Shown: one piece after another, positions 25,853-39,200 of the stretch
Layout of the letters: every line of letters begins with the position of its first letter
How positions within the stretch are numbered: the first letter of the stretch is position 1
Source of the DNA: Octopus bimaculoides
Lineage: Eukaryota
Length of the DNA: 64,000 nt
Reading direction: 5' to 3'
NCBI RefSeq assembly: GCF_001194135.2
Contig: NC_069009.1
Coordinates: forward strand, 762,627 to 826,626
Made by a program: the position numbers and the translations under genes
The notes under the pieces: generated by a model
Databases searched by the model: none
What the model was told of the DNA's origin: nothing
The model's input: the letters and a program-made list of their open reading frames with translations, nothing else

Positions 25853-28800
25853 CACGCAAACTCACACTTACGCACACATATTAAATTCTAAAATTTAAAA
25901 ACGCAATAAATTCCAAAATTAAAAAAAAACAGCGGTAACTTAGTTGCCAACCCATACATAAGCACATACATATAAACATTGGTAATTGTGTCGTATTACT
26001 ATTGTTTCGTCCTTTACCAATAACGTAACAATGAGTTCAAGCATTCTTTAATCTACTGGAAGAAGCAATATTTCCATTTTTGTACCATACCCTGTATAGC
26101 TTATCATTCCGCAAACAGAAAATGGAAATCCTCGAAAAAACTGACTGCTCTTCGTCTTTCAGATGTTTGAATAATCTCTTTGGTAATGAAATGTAGTCCA
26201 TCTTATCTTCTGCTTGTGGGATTGAACCGTTATATATCTGATGGAGGAAAATGAAAGAAAAATTGAAATTGATAAATAACAGAAAATTGCTATTACTTCT
26301 GAATGTTGCTTGACGTCATAAGAATTTATCAAGTTTCCACGAATGTGAAGTGAAATAATTGTTTCTTGGAATAGTGAATCTCGAATCCCACAGATATTGA
26401 GTTGAAACATTTAGATATTTTGGATAGGAAAAGTCTCACGAGCAGCCTTCGATTTTTCCTATCCAAAAAGATTTTTCAACCCAATACTTACGTTCTATTA
26501 TTTATTGCCCTATGTGCTTCAAGATCCACTGCAAAATGGAATTATTACTATTACTTCTTGCACAACTATTACATTACTTCAACATTAGAATTAACATAAT
26601 AGCTAGAACTCCCATTATCACCCACCACCATTAATTCATACAAAATAACCAGAGGAGTTTTAAAGTTCGCCAACTAATTATTGGTGTATCCAGTAGCTTT
26701 CTGCTCTTTCTTGTTATCAGATACTCAGTGACATGAAGACAGAAACATTTTATGCAAAACTAGTGTTATCTCAATCATTTCGACCGGTGACATCTTTGGC
26801 TGGTATTCCCGAAACGTTTTGTAACAACCAGATAAATACACTCACATAGTTGTAAGTAATTACACATCGAGATAAATTTCCCTCCCTCTATATTGGTTGA
26901 GAGCCGCATTAAATGTTTAACAGAAATTAGGACAGCTTGCTCTCGTATTTTGTGCGTAGTTAGGAACAGATTTGATATTTTCTCTTTAATTCTCTCCTAA
27001 TATATGTTGCCTGTGAAGGGGTTTGGAATGCGGTTCAAGACATCAAGTGTTAACAATTCTAATGAACTGAATGACAGATATATAAAATAAAAAAATTCAA
27101 TAACAGATTTCTTTTCTCTTCAGAATATGTTCAACTGTGTGTGTGTGTGTGTGTTGTGTCAAATGTCAATATATATAAAACAATAGATTTAAAGTTGTTT
27201 GAAAGATCTATCGCCACATTTTTTTTTTACTCTGTGTGTGTTGATGAGGTTCGGCTGTGTCAAGAGTAAAATTTAATTTCAATTGTATTCGTAAAAGCTA
27301 CCAACCATGAAGTGTTGTGTTTCGGGGAATTTGTTGTTTTAAGAAATGAATTATTATTATTTATTATTGTTATTATCATCATTAAATTCAAATTACGACA
27401 AACATAAATAAACAAACGAAGTTTGCTTTTAGAAGCGTTGAGATGTCTTTTAGAAAGTTAAAGGAGTGATTTAAAATTCTCAATCGCAGAATAATGCTAA
27501 TAATATAGCCTGAACAGGATAAACTATCCCTATTTTGCAGAGAAAAGTGTTGGTGGCTAGCTGTGGACTCGAACTCATATCCCCGTAATTACACGTCACG
27601 ATGCTTTGACCGATTAAGCTAAATTACCCACTGCAAATTCCTCTGCAAATTAAGATATATAAATCTCGCTTTATGAGGCGCTCTCATATGTTAAATTCAA
27701 ATTACGACAAACGTAAGTTTGCTTTATTATTATTATTATTATCATCATTAAATTCAAATTACGACAAACGTAAATAAACAAACGAAATTTGCTTTTAGAA
27801 GTGTTGAGATGTCTTTTAGAAAGTTAAAGAAGTGATTTTAAATTCTCAATCGCAGAATAATGCTAATAATATAGCCTGAACAGGATAAGCTACCCCTATT
27901 TTGCAGAGAAAAGTGTAGGTGGCTAGCCCTGCAAAATAGGGATAGTTTATCCTGTTCAGGCTATATTATTAGCATTATTCTGCGATTGATTATTATTATT
28001 ATCATTTTGCTTTGCAGTGTCTGGTTGAAACTCGGAATGGGAATAAAACGTATCACTGGAACGGGTGCACACNNNNNNNNNNNNNNNNNNNNNNNNNNNN
28101 NNNNNNNNNNNNNNNNNNNNNNNNNNNNNNNNNNNNNNNNNNNNNNNNNNNNNNNNNNNNNNNNNNNNNNNNNNNNNNNNNNNNNNNNNNNNNNNNNNNN
28201 NNNNNNNNNNNNNNNNNNNNNNNNNNNNNNNNNNNNNNNNNNNNNNNNNNNNNNNNNNNNNNNNNNNNNNNNNNNNNNNNNNNNNNNNNNNNNNNNNNNN
28301 NNNNNNNNNNNNNNNNNNNNNNNNNNNNNNNNNNNNNNNNNNNNNNNNNNNNNNNNNNNNNNNNNNNNNNNNNNNNNNNNNNNNNNNNNNNNNNNNNNNN
28401 NNNNNNNNNNNNNNNNNNNNNNNNNNNNNNNNNNNNNNNNNNNNNNNNNNNNNNNNNNNNNNNNNNNNNNNNNNNNNNNNNNNNNNNNNNNNNNNNNNNN
28501 NNNNNNNNNNNNNNNNNNNNNNNNNNNNNNNNNNNNNNNNNNNNNNNNNNNNNNNNNNNNNNNNNNNNNNNNNNNNNNNNNNNNNNNNNNNNNNNNNNNN
28601 NNNNNNNNNNNNNNNNNNNNNNNNNNNNNNNNNNNNNNNNNNNNNNNNNNNNNNNNNNNNNNNNNNNNNNNNNNNNNNNNNNNNNNNNNNNNNNNNNNNN
28701 NNNNNNNNNNNNNNNNNNNNNNNNNNNNNNNNNNNNNNNNNNNNNNNNNNNNNNNNNNNNNNNNNNNNNNNNNNNNNNNNNNNNNNNNNNNNNNNNNNNN

Positions 28801-30940
28801 NNNNNNNNNNNNNNNNNNNNNNNNNNNNNNNNNNNNNNNNNNNNNNNNNNNNNNNNNNNNNNNNNNNNNNNNNNNNNNNNNNNNNNNNNNNNNNNNNNNN
28901 NNNNNNNNNNNNNNNNNNNNNNNNNNNNNNNNNNNNNNNNNNNNNNNNNNNNNNNNNNNNNNNNNNNNNNNNNNNNNNNNNNNNNNNNNNNNNNNNNNNN
29001 NNNNNNNNNNNNNNNNNNNNNNNNNNNNNNNNNNNNNNNNNNNNNNNNNNNNNNNNNNNNNTTATTTGCTTTTTTCATTTTAAATTTGCTTTAACCCTAA
29101 CCCTAACCCTAACCCTAGGGTTAGGGTTAGGGTTAGGGTTAGGGTTAATTGTTTCAGAATCGTTTGTTTATGTAGTCGGCACTTAATGTATATCGGCTGA
29201 ATGGACGTCGTGATTGGTTGAAATTACAGAAATACGATAACTTTAACATGGAATAACTTATGGATTTCTTCTTTTTTAAAAGAAGACTAAGAGAAAAAGA
29301 TGTTTTATATGACACATTCTACCAGTGTTCCAAGTTTCAAAGTGTTTCGTTAATGAAAAATGTGGCCCCCGTTTTAAAAAAGATCCTTTCCCTTTCCAGA
29401 AAATAGTGATAACAGCGTGTGTAAACTATCATTGACGGTCCCATGGATGGTCCCATATTTAATTGTGGTTTATATTTGTTAATGAATTGTTTCTCTTAGC
29501 TTCAGGCGGCGAGCTGGCAGAATGGTTAGCCGAAGAATATGCATCATGTCGTCAGTCTTTAGGTTCAGGTTTCAAATTTCATTGAGTTCAACTTTGCCTT
29601 TCAATCTTTCGGGGACAATAAAATACGTATTACTGAAATGCTGAGGTCAATGTAATTAACTCCCCCATCCAGCAAATTTCGTAGTGTCTCTGTAGTAGAA
29701 GGGATTATGTTAGCTTTATTCGGTACCTGTGTGCTGCATGTATTATTATATTTTGTATTTAAATTGCAATCTCTGTCAAGTTTTGTAACATATCTACATT
29801 ATATGACAATAAAAATACGTNNNNNNNNNNCTGACAGTTCTGTTAGCTTTTTCTGCCTCAACCAAAATCTTCTCTGGTGCGTTTATTATATTGTTGATAC
29901 TATGAAGTATTATGCGCAGTATTATATTGACGGACTCACGCCGGATCAATGGCATCATTTTCTCAAGATTTTTTACTACTAAGTCAATATCTTCTTTTTT
30001 CAAATGCAATTTCTGTGAAATATTTAGGAGTTTTGTTGTAACCGGTTCAATATTTTCTGCAATGGAAAATTTAACAAAATTTAAGGAAATTTACAGCTGC
30101 TTTGAGACGAAATTATGTGCTGTCTGGGGAGACAAAACAAAGTTGTGACGAAATATTAGATGCAAATTAAACACAACAATTAATGAATCACTGTTAGGCT
30201 TGTTGTCTCTTGAGGTCTCTGGGTGAGACTTGGATCCAACTTGTACAAATGCAAAGCAAAAGTCAAACATAAAACAATAATAATAATAAATTCCCTGATG
30301 CAGTACCAGGCAGTGGCTCTCATGGCTTCTGATCTTAATTTATTGGAAGTGTTATCATGTACATTGTTTTGTCTTGGTATAAAAGATGGGCTACAGCAAA
30401 TATTATTATTATTATTATNNNNNNNNNNNNNNNNNNNNNNNNNNNNNNNNNNNNNNNNNNNNNNNNNNNNNNNNNNNNNNNNNNNNNNNNNNNNNNNNNN
30501 NNNNNNNNNNNNNNNNNNNNNNNNNNNNNNNNNNNNNNNNNNNNNNNNNNNNNNNNNNNNNNNNNNNNNNNNNNNNNNNNNNNNNNNNNNNNNNNNNNNN
30601 NNNNNNNNNNNNNNNNNNNNNNNNNNNNNNNNNNNNNNNNNNNNNNNNNNNNNNNNNNNNNNNNNNNNNNNNNNNNNNNNNNNNNNNNNNNNNNNNNNNN
30701 NNNNNNNNNNNNNNNNNNNNNNNNNNNNNNNNNNNNNNNNNNNNNNNNNNNATTATTTATGTTTGACTTTTGTTTTGCATTTATACAAGTTGGATCCAAG
30801 TCTCACCCAGAGACCTCAAGAGACAACAAGTTAGAAGTTCATGTAGGTGTTATGCCTAGGGTACCATATATTTGGATTTGTACAGTTTTGTTGTAGTGAA
30901 TGTTTAAGAAACCATAAGAAAATTATGTGTTTGCTTTAAA

Positions 30941-30994
<54 letters not shown>

Positions 30995-31021
30995 ATTATT
31001 ATTATTATTATTATTATTATT

Positions 31022-31053
<32 letters not shown>

Positions 31054-34000
31054 TTATATCCTAAGCACAAGGCCATGGAAATTATTGGGAATGGGGGCTA
31101 GTTTCGACTCTCTGACATCTGAGTTCCAAACGTTGCAGAGATCAACTTTGCGTTTGTTACTTTCCAGGTCAATAAAAAACAGTATCCGTCCAGGCACGTT
31201 TCGTTCTGTGTTCAAATCTCACTATGGCATTTCGATGGTTTAACATAGCTCCCCGGACACCTTGCGTGTCACTAGTGAAGGAGAACCTACTTTTGATGGC
31301 GATGATGATGCCGACAATGAAGAAAAAGATGATAGTAATGATCTATACGTGATCGCGACAGAAATGTTAAGAAACCCATTACTTACCGTCATCGATTAAC
31401 GTCATGTCACTTTGCTGTACTCCCAAATCACGCAATGCTTGGGAAGTGTTCAAAATGTTACTAATGTTCCGCAAAACATGATCTTTATTATCACTTGTAA
31501 TAAGGACTGTACGGTAAATAGTAAATATCTCTGTGCTTTGGTACAACCTAAAATAGAAATTTAAAAAAAATATTAGTTTCAGCAACGCTAACCAGAATGT
31601 TTTAGTACACGTCAATCTAACTGGTTTTTAAAAGGTTATCTTATCCACGTAGTGGAGGCGCAATGGCTCAGTGGTTAAGGCAGCGGACTCGCGGTCATAG
31701 GATCGTGGTTTCGATTCCCAGACCGGGCGTTGTGAGTGTTTATTGAGCGAAAACACCTAAAAGCTCCACGAGGCTCCGACAGGGGATGGTGGCGAACCCT
31801 GCTGTACTCTTTCACCACAACTTTCTCTCACTCTTACTTCCTCTTTCTGTTGTGCCTGTAATTCAAAGGGTCAGCCTTGTCACNNNNNNNNNNNNNNNNN
31901 NNNNNNNNNNNNNNNNNNNNNNNNNNNNNNNNNNNNNNNNNNNNNNNNNNNNNNNNNNNNNNNNNNNNNNNNNNNNNNNNNNNNNNNNNNNNNNNNNNNN
32001 NNNNNNNNNNNNNNNNNNNNNNNNNNNNNNNNNNNNNNNNNNNNNNNNNNNNNNNNNNNNNNNNNNNNNNNNNNNNNNNNNNNNNNNNNNNNNNNNNNNN
32101 NNNNNNNNNNNNNNNNNNNNNNNNNNNNNNNNNNNNNNNNNNNNNNNNNNNNNNNNNNNNNNNNNNNNNNNNNNNNNNNNNNNNNNNNNNNNNNNNNNNN
32201 NNNNNNNNNNNNNNNNNNNNNNNNNNNNNNNNNNNNNNNNNNNNNNNNNNNNNNNNNNNNNNNNNNNNNNNNNNNNNNNNNNNNNNNNNNNNNNNNNNNN
32301 NNNNNNNNNNNNNNNNNNNNNNNNNNNNNNNNNNNNNNNNNNNNNNNNNNNNNNNNNNNNNNNNNNNNNNNNNNNNNNNNNNNNNNNNNNNNNNNNNNNN
32401 NNNNNNNNNNNNNNNNNNNNNNNNNNNNNNNNNNNNNNNNNNNNNNNNNNNNNNNNNNNNNNNNNNNNNNNNNNNNNNNNNNNNNNNNNNNNNNNNNNNN
32501 NNNNNNNNNNNNNNNNNNNNNNNNNNNNNNNNNNNNNNNNNNNNNNNNNNNNNNNNNNNNNNNNNNNNNNNNNNNNNNNNNNNNNNNNNNNNNNNNNNNN
32601 NNNNNNNNNNNNNNNNNNNNNNNNNNNNNNNNNNNNNNNNNNNNNNNNNNNNNNNNNNNNNNNNNNNNNNNNNNNNNNNNNNNNNNNNNNNNNNNNNNNN
32701 NNNNNNNNNNNNNNNNNNNNNNNNNNNNNNNNNNNNNNNNNNNNNNNNNNNNNNNNNNNNNNNNNNNNNNNNNNNNNNNNNNNNNNNNNNNNNNNNNNNN
32801 NGATCTAGTGCAGGGGTCTTCAAATTGTGGTCCGCGGACCACAGGGGGTCCGCAAGGACAAGACAGGGGGTCCGTGGACAGCAAATACTTTTTATGGGCA
32901 ATTTGATTTTATATATGTTTTTTTAACCGAAATCTTTTAATTGACAATAAACCTATTTGTTAAATACTGTTAAATAAATAAATGCAAAAATATATATTAT
33001 TTTAAGGAAATATTTATGAATAAATTTCATAAGCGTTTATAAGGGTCCCTAAGGTAAAGCCTGAAATATAAAGGGGTCCGCAAGTCAAAAATTTTGAAAA
33101 CCCCTGTTATATAGCACATGTATGTGTGTGAGAGAGAGGGGGAGCGTTAGAAAATATACACCTACTCACAGCTCTAGATACATTTTCAAAATGGTTTTTA
33201 TATTCATTGCAGTTTTTGGAAATCGGATGTCGGTCAATGGTATAAATCAGATGATATTCAAAGGTATTGTTCCAATCTATTCAAGAACATAAAAGACAAA
33301 AAAAAAAACCCCAAAAAACTGAGATATTGCTATTATATATGAGACACATGTCGCAAAGTTCAACGTTGATGGGGTGACCATTCGGCACAAGTTCAAAATG
33401 CAAGATTCCTTCCACGTTCCACCAAACAGAGATCATGATCTTTCCAAATTGATTCCGCTTTGGAACGGATCGAGGAATTTGAATTTTGGGGAACCAACGC
33501 TTGCTCTGATCGTGATTGACCAGGTAGACCCACTTGTCGCCTGATGTCACAATTCGCATCTAAAACCGGTCATCCAACTGAATGTTGAGCAATTAGCGGC
33601 AAATTTCTATTCTCTTGGCAGCTTGCGCTTCGGTCAATTCGTAATCTTTTTGTGGCTGTTTGTGGATAAGATCAGGTTGCTCGAGAGGAACGTGACACTA
33701 ACTGAATGGACACACACCACAAAAATATAAAACAGCATTATTTTAACACAGCGCACAAACTTTTTCTTCAATCTAATACATTTATTACAAAGATATACAT
33801 ATGTATACATACAATGAAACATCTCATATATTAACTATTACACTATGCTCTTATTAATCATTCATCTGTAATAAATTAGATGGATTAAATCAGAAATAAA
33901 ACAACAATTACCCATGAAATCATTCTTGTTACATTGGTTTCCGCTGCAGCAAGCTACACACGAAGTGCCATTGGCCCATTCATTGCATGTAGAAGTATTG

Positions 34001-34179
34001 TTTCTCATAGCTTCAAGGCAGTTTCTGTATGTGCTGCAAAATCTTTCAAACTTCAGTGTGACGCCACTCATTGATAGTTTATATTGGCATACAAGCTGTA
34101 ATAATGAATACAAAAATCATAGTCTACTACCACAGCAAGTACTACTACAACTAATGTTGCTAACAACACAACAACAACT

Positions 34180-34213
<34 letters not shown>

Positions 34214-34969
34214 AGCGGGTTGTTTAACAATTGATAACTTCAAAAGTATTCAAAATAACAAACGAAATCGAAGCAAACTGACAAGGTGTTGACAGATGAA
34301 TTTAAGTTATCCCCTGTAGAATATATTAATATATACCACTTATAAAGGATGTTTTATAATTGCCTACAGTAGCCAATGTGCTTAAACCATACACGAATAC
34401 GACCATCAAAGCACAGAGCATATTGGCACCACACCGCTCCGTTATCTATCACCAAGAACAAAAATGATAGATAATTCCAATAAACCAGTATCTGTTAGTC
34501 AAGGCCTCTTAATCGCGGAATGCACTGTGAATTTTTGCACAAAATATACAAACAAATCAAGCGTGAAAACCTCATGAACAATTAAGGAAAGCACGGTAAA
34601 GGCTGCCTGGTCATACTAAGTTGCTACTGACAGCTGTGGATATGCTTTAAGAGAAAAGAAGAAAGTAAGATTTTAGTTTACCTCTGCTCCTGTACAGTTT
34701 GTCACTTCTGAATCATTACACATCATTCCTGAACACGTTTGACACTGCAAATTTTTTTGGAATAATGAGTAATCTACAAAATAGAAAAGAATATCCGTAT
34801 TTCGGGATCAAATAGTGTAATATATAGCAACATCAGGAAACATTTATTTTATTAGTTAGATATATAAATTATATATAAGTTACTCTTTCAATCTTTCACT
34901 TGTTTCAGTCATTTGACTGTGGCCANNNNNNNNNNAAACACATACACACAAACACACATACATATATAT

Positions 34970-35023
<54 letters not shown>

Positions 35024-35640
35024 TATACATATATACGACGGGCTTCTTTCAGTTTCCGTCTACCAAATCCACTCACAAGGCTTTGGTTGGCCCGAGGTTA
35101 TAGTAGAAGACACTTGCCCAAGGAGCCACGCAGTGGGACTGAACCCGGAACCATGTGGTTGGTAAGCAAGCTACTTACCACACAGCCACTCCTACACCTA
35201 AAATTTTTTAAAGAAAAGGAAGCAACAGAAGCAAGAAGGATTCTACTAACATTTGCTTTGCGTATGATTCATTATAGATATTGGTTCGTCTTCTTCGTTG
35301 TCTAAACCTCGTAGACATTTGCCCAGGACATCCACAGTTCTGTTGTATGTACTGGTCATATAATTTACCACGGCCGGGAGATGATATCCACACTTCAAGT
35401 TCTTATTGCCGATGAGGTTGCTGCAATTATAAATAGAACTTTAACTGATTAAGGTTCAGAAAAATAGAGAAACCTACGCTTGATTTGTCTCAGTAATGCC
35501 ACGCCCCCTGGCTCACAAAACTAGAAATTCTCCCATCTGCTGTCAATTGCAGTAAAATTTTGGTCGTACAACATTCATATCCGCTGCAAATTGGGCGCAT
35601 TGGAGGAAATCCTTCGAAATTTTTGTGTAATTACGGAGAC

Positions 35641-35722
<82 letters not shown>

Positions 35723-36053
35723 GTTATAGTCGCCCTAGGAATGCTAGCAAAACGGTCTAATTGCTACCTAGCTCAGATACGAGGAAACCCCAAATTGGCA
35801 GAAATTCAAAAGATAGTGCTCTTCGGAAATGCCCATATCCTACGTAAATTACTGTCTAAGTAATCTCAAATTTTAAAACAGACTCATAACTCTCTTATGC
35901 TGTCTTAAAGATTCTCTATAACAATATTATGTACAAAACCAAACATATGACACCCTAGGCATAACACCAACATAAACTTCTAACTTGTTGTCTCTTGAGG
36001 CCTCTGGGTGAGATTTGGAGCCAACTTGTACAAATGCAAAGCAAAAGCCAAAC

Positions 36054-36101
<48 letters not shown>

Positions 36102-36253
36102 TTGAAAAATACCTTAGAAATGAGAACCCAGGTTCGAAATAGCCACAGTCAAATGACCGAGAAAATAAAAGTATAAACGAAAAAAGAATATATATGTATA
36201 TATATNNNNNNNNNNNNNNNNNNNNNNNNNNNNNNNNNNNNNNNNNNNNNNAT

Positions 36254-36285
<32 letters not shown>

Positions 36286-39200
36286 GTATGCTGTATGTAT
36301 GTATATATACACACACATATGTATGTATAACTCTCTATCTATCTATATTCATTTATATACATGTACATGCGTATGTCGGCCACTGAACTAACAGCAATTG
36401 GGAATTTGATGTTCTCCGTTAATGATATTACAAAGTGTTTCACTTTTCCAAGAAATAAAGACATTTGTTGTACATACATCTTCTTTATATTGGGAAGGAA
36501 TAAGAAAGCGCCATCCTCAATCATTTGTATTTGGTTTCTGCTCAAATTTCTGAAAGAAAGAGACAAAGTTAAGATGAAATACGTAAAAACCAATAAATCA
36601 ATTTTTTTTCCTGTTAAATACTTTCTAAATTTCCCTTTAGTCAACACTGACATAATAAACACTCAGATTCATTGTACAGTTCTTTACTTCTCTGTATGGT
36701 TGCCATGTTGGTGTAATTTGCACAGGAATAGGTTCAATGAACGTAGGTTAAATATGCTGAATCAAGAAGAAATATTCTGTGATACCGCAAAAACAAATTC
36801 ATTTATATACATGCACATGCGTATGTCGGTCACTGAACTAACAGCAACTGGGAATTTGATGTTCTCTGTTTATGATATTACAAAGATGGGAAAATGATAA
36901 ATATTCAGAAAGATACAATCAGAGATTAAGAAAGTAAAATAGAATAAAAGAAAATATAATCATTATATAGTTATGCACTCAATCAAAATACTCACGTACC
37001 TTCAAACACAATATCCCACACATAATCAGAGAAAATGTGATTTATAAAGGGCAAAGTGAGTGTGAAGAAAGGAAGATTGGAAGATGATAAATATTCAGAA
37101 GAAAGATACAATCAGAGAATTAATATCAGAAAGAGATAGCTAACTTACAAATCCTCTAAACTATAAAGATTTTGGAAAGTCTCTTGTGTTATACTCGACA
37201 TTTTATTATTGGATAGGTCTCTGTAAGATAAAAAAGAGAAATGATTAGTATGCACGAGATTTGGGGTGAAATATTAATTATAGAGTTTAATCAATGAGAT
37301 GCAGAAAGAAAAATCAGAGAGATAAATGTGAAATAATTAGATGATGTTCATGATGGCTAATGATTATGATGATAATTAAGATGCAACTTTATTTTATATA
37401 CTTTTGACCTAGGTGCCTTATGTTAAAACTTCCCCTGCTCCATTATATACTGGTCGGCTAGTAGAGAACCCCCCCCCCCNNNNNNNNNNNNNNNNNNNNN
37501 NNNNNNNNNNNNNNNNNNNNNNNNNNNNNNNNNNNNNNNNNNNNNNNNNNNNNNNNNNNNNNNNNNNNNNNNNNNNNNNNNNNNNNNNNNNNNNNNNNNN
37601 NNNNNNNNNNNNNNNNNNNNNNNNNNNNNNNNNNNNNNNNNNNNNNNNNNNNNNNNNNNNNNNNNNNNNNNNNNNNNNNNNNNNNNNNNNNNNNNNNNNN
37701 NNNNNNNNNNNNNNNNNNNNNNNNNNNNNNNNNNNNNNNNNNNNNNNNNNNNNNNNNNNNNNNNNNNNNNNNNNNNNNNNNNNNNNNNNNNNNNNNNNNN
37801 NNNNNNNNNNNNNNNNNNNNNNNNNNNNNNNNNNNNNNNNNNNNNNNNNNNNNNNNNNNNNNNNNNNNNNNNNNNNNNNNNNNNNNNNNNNNNNNNNNNN
37901 NNNNNNNNNNNNNNNNNNNNNNNNNNNNNNNNNNNNNNNNNNNNNNNNNNNNNNNNNNNNNNNNNNNNNNNNNNNNNNNNNNNNNNNNNNNNNNNNNNNN
38001 NNNNNNNNNNNNNNNNNNNNNNNNNNNNNNNNNNNNNNNNNNNNNNNNNNNNNNNNNNNNNNNNNNNNNNNNNNNNNNNNNNNNNNNNNNNNNNNNNNNN
38101 NNNNNNNNNNNNNNNNNNNNNNNNNNNNNNNNNNNNNNNNNNNNNNNATCTTGTTTGTTGTTAACACAACGTTTCGGCTGATATACCCTCCAGCCTTCGT
38201 CAGGTGTCTTGGGAAAATTTCGAACCTGGGTTCTCATTCCTAACGATGTTACTATTATTATTATTATATTATTATTATTATTATTAATCAGGTCGCTGCC
38301 GTGAATCGAAACGTTGTGTTAACAACAAACAAGATGAGGACAAATATCCGTCAAATGTAAATAATGTAAATAATTCCTCATCTCTTAAATATAGAACAGA
38401 AAGGGTTTTGTTTATGATTTTCATTTTATACCTCAAATGAAAAAGAATAAAAAAACTTGGAAAAAGAAATGAAGAAAATAAAGGACAGATCGACATAGGC
38501 AAACTGAACGACGTAAACATAGATAGGCACATATAGACACTTATTCATATAATATCAAACACCTATATATACAACAAACTCTAAGATTCTCACACACATT
38601 CACACACAGTCTTACACACATACTTAGAGTGAATATCAGTTAGAGACGTGTCAAGAAACGTCTACGAAATAGGGAAATACATTCAAAAAGATGTATGATC
38701 AAGACACATCCTACTTACAATGTCTTTAATCCGGTAAGTTTTTTGAAGGTATGTTGTTTCAAACTTGAAATTGCATTGCTGGATAGATCTCTGTAAAATA
38801 TAAGCTAATTGCTAAGAGATAGTATATTAGATATTATGTCAAATCAATACGATGCCGGAAGAAGAGAAAAAGAATTGTAAGTGAAAGACGTTGATGAAAA
38901 AGATGAGGACAATGATGAATGACAATGATGATGATGGTGACTGATCACGAAGATAGTGATATTGATGAAGGTGGGGATAATGATAAGGTTGATGATTATG
39001 ATGATAGTGAGATAATAAAGATGAANNNNNNNNNNGGTGGGGACGATGATGACGGTGGGTGGGGACCATGATGACGGTGGGTGGGGACGATGATGACGGT
39101 GCTGTCAGAGAGAATAGAAACGAGTGAGGAGAATGACCACGATTAAGAAGATGGTGATTGTCATGGCGACGAAGTAAAATTGAGAAAAGTTGAAGCAAAA

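Noticed and set aside
26980-27070. Possible GAIN exon (SLELLTLDVLNRIP...)
   Set aside because: An acceptor is present, but the frame hits TAG before any convincing donor.
31548-31640. Candidate missing phase 0-2 exon just upstream of 31547
   Set aside because: It would need an intron of about 45 bp, has the wrong entry phase and hits a stop; the exon is more likely in gap 31884-32801.
34150-34215. Poly-Gln ORF 33914-34234 (+)
   Set aside because: Intronic CAG/CAA microsatellite antisense to the LU exon.
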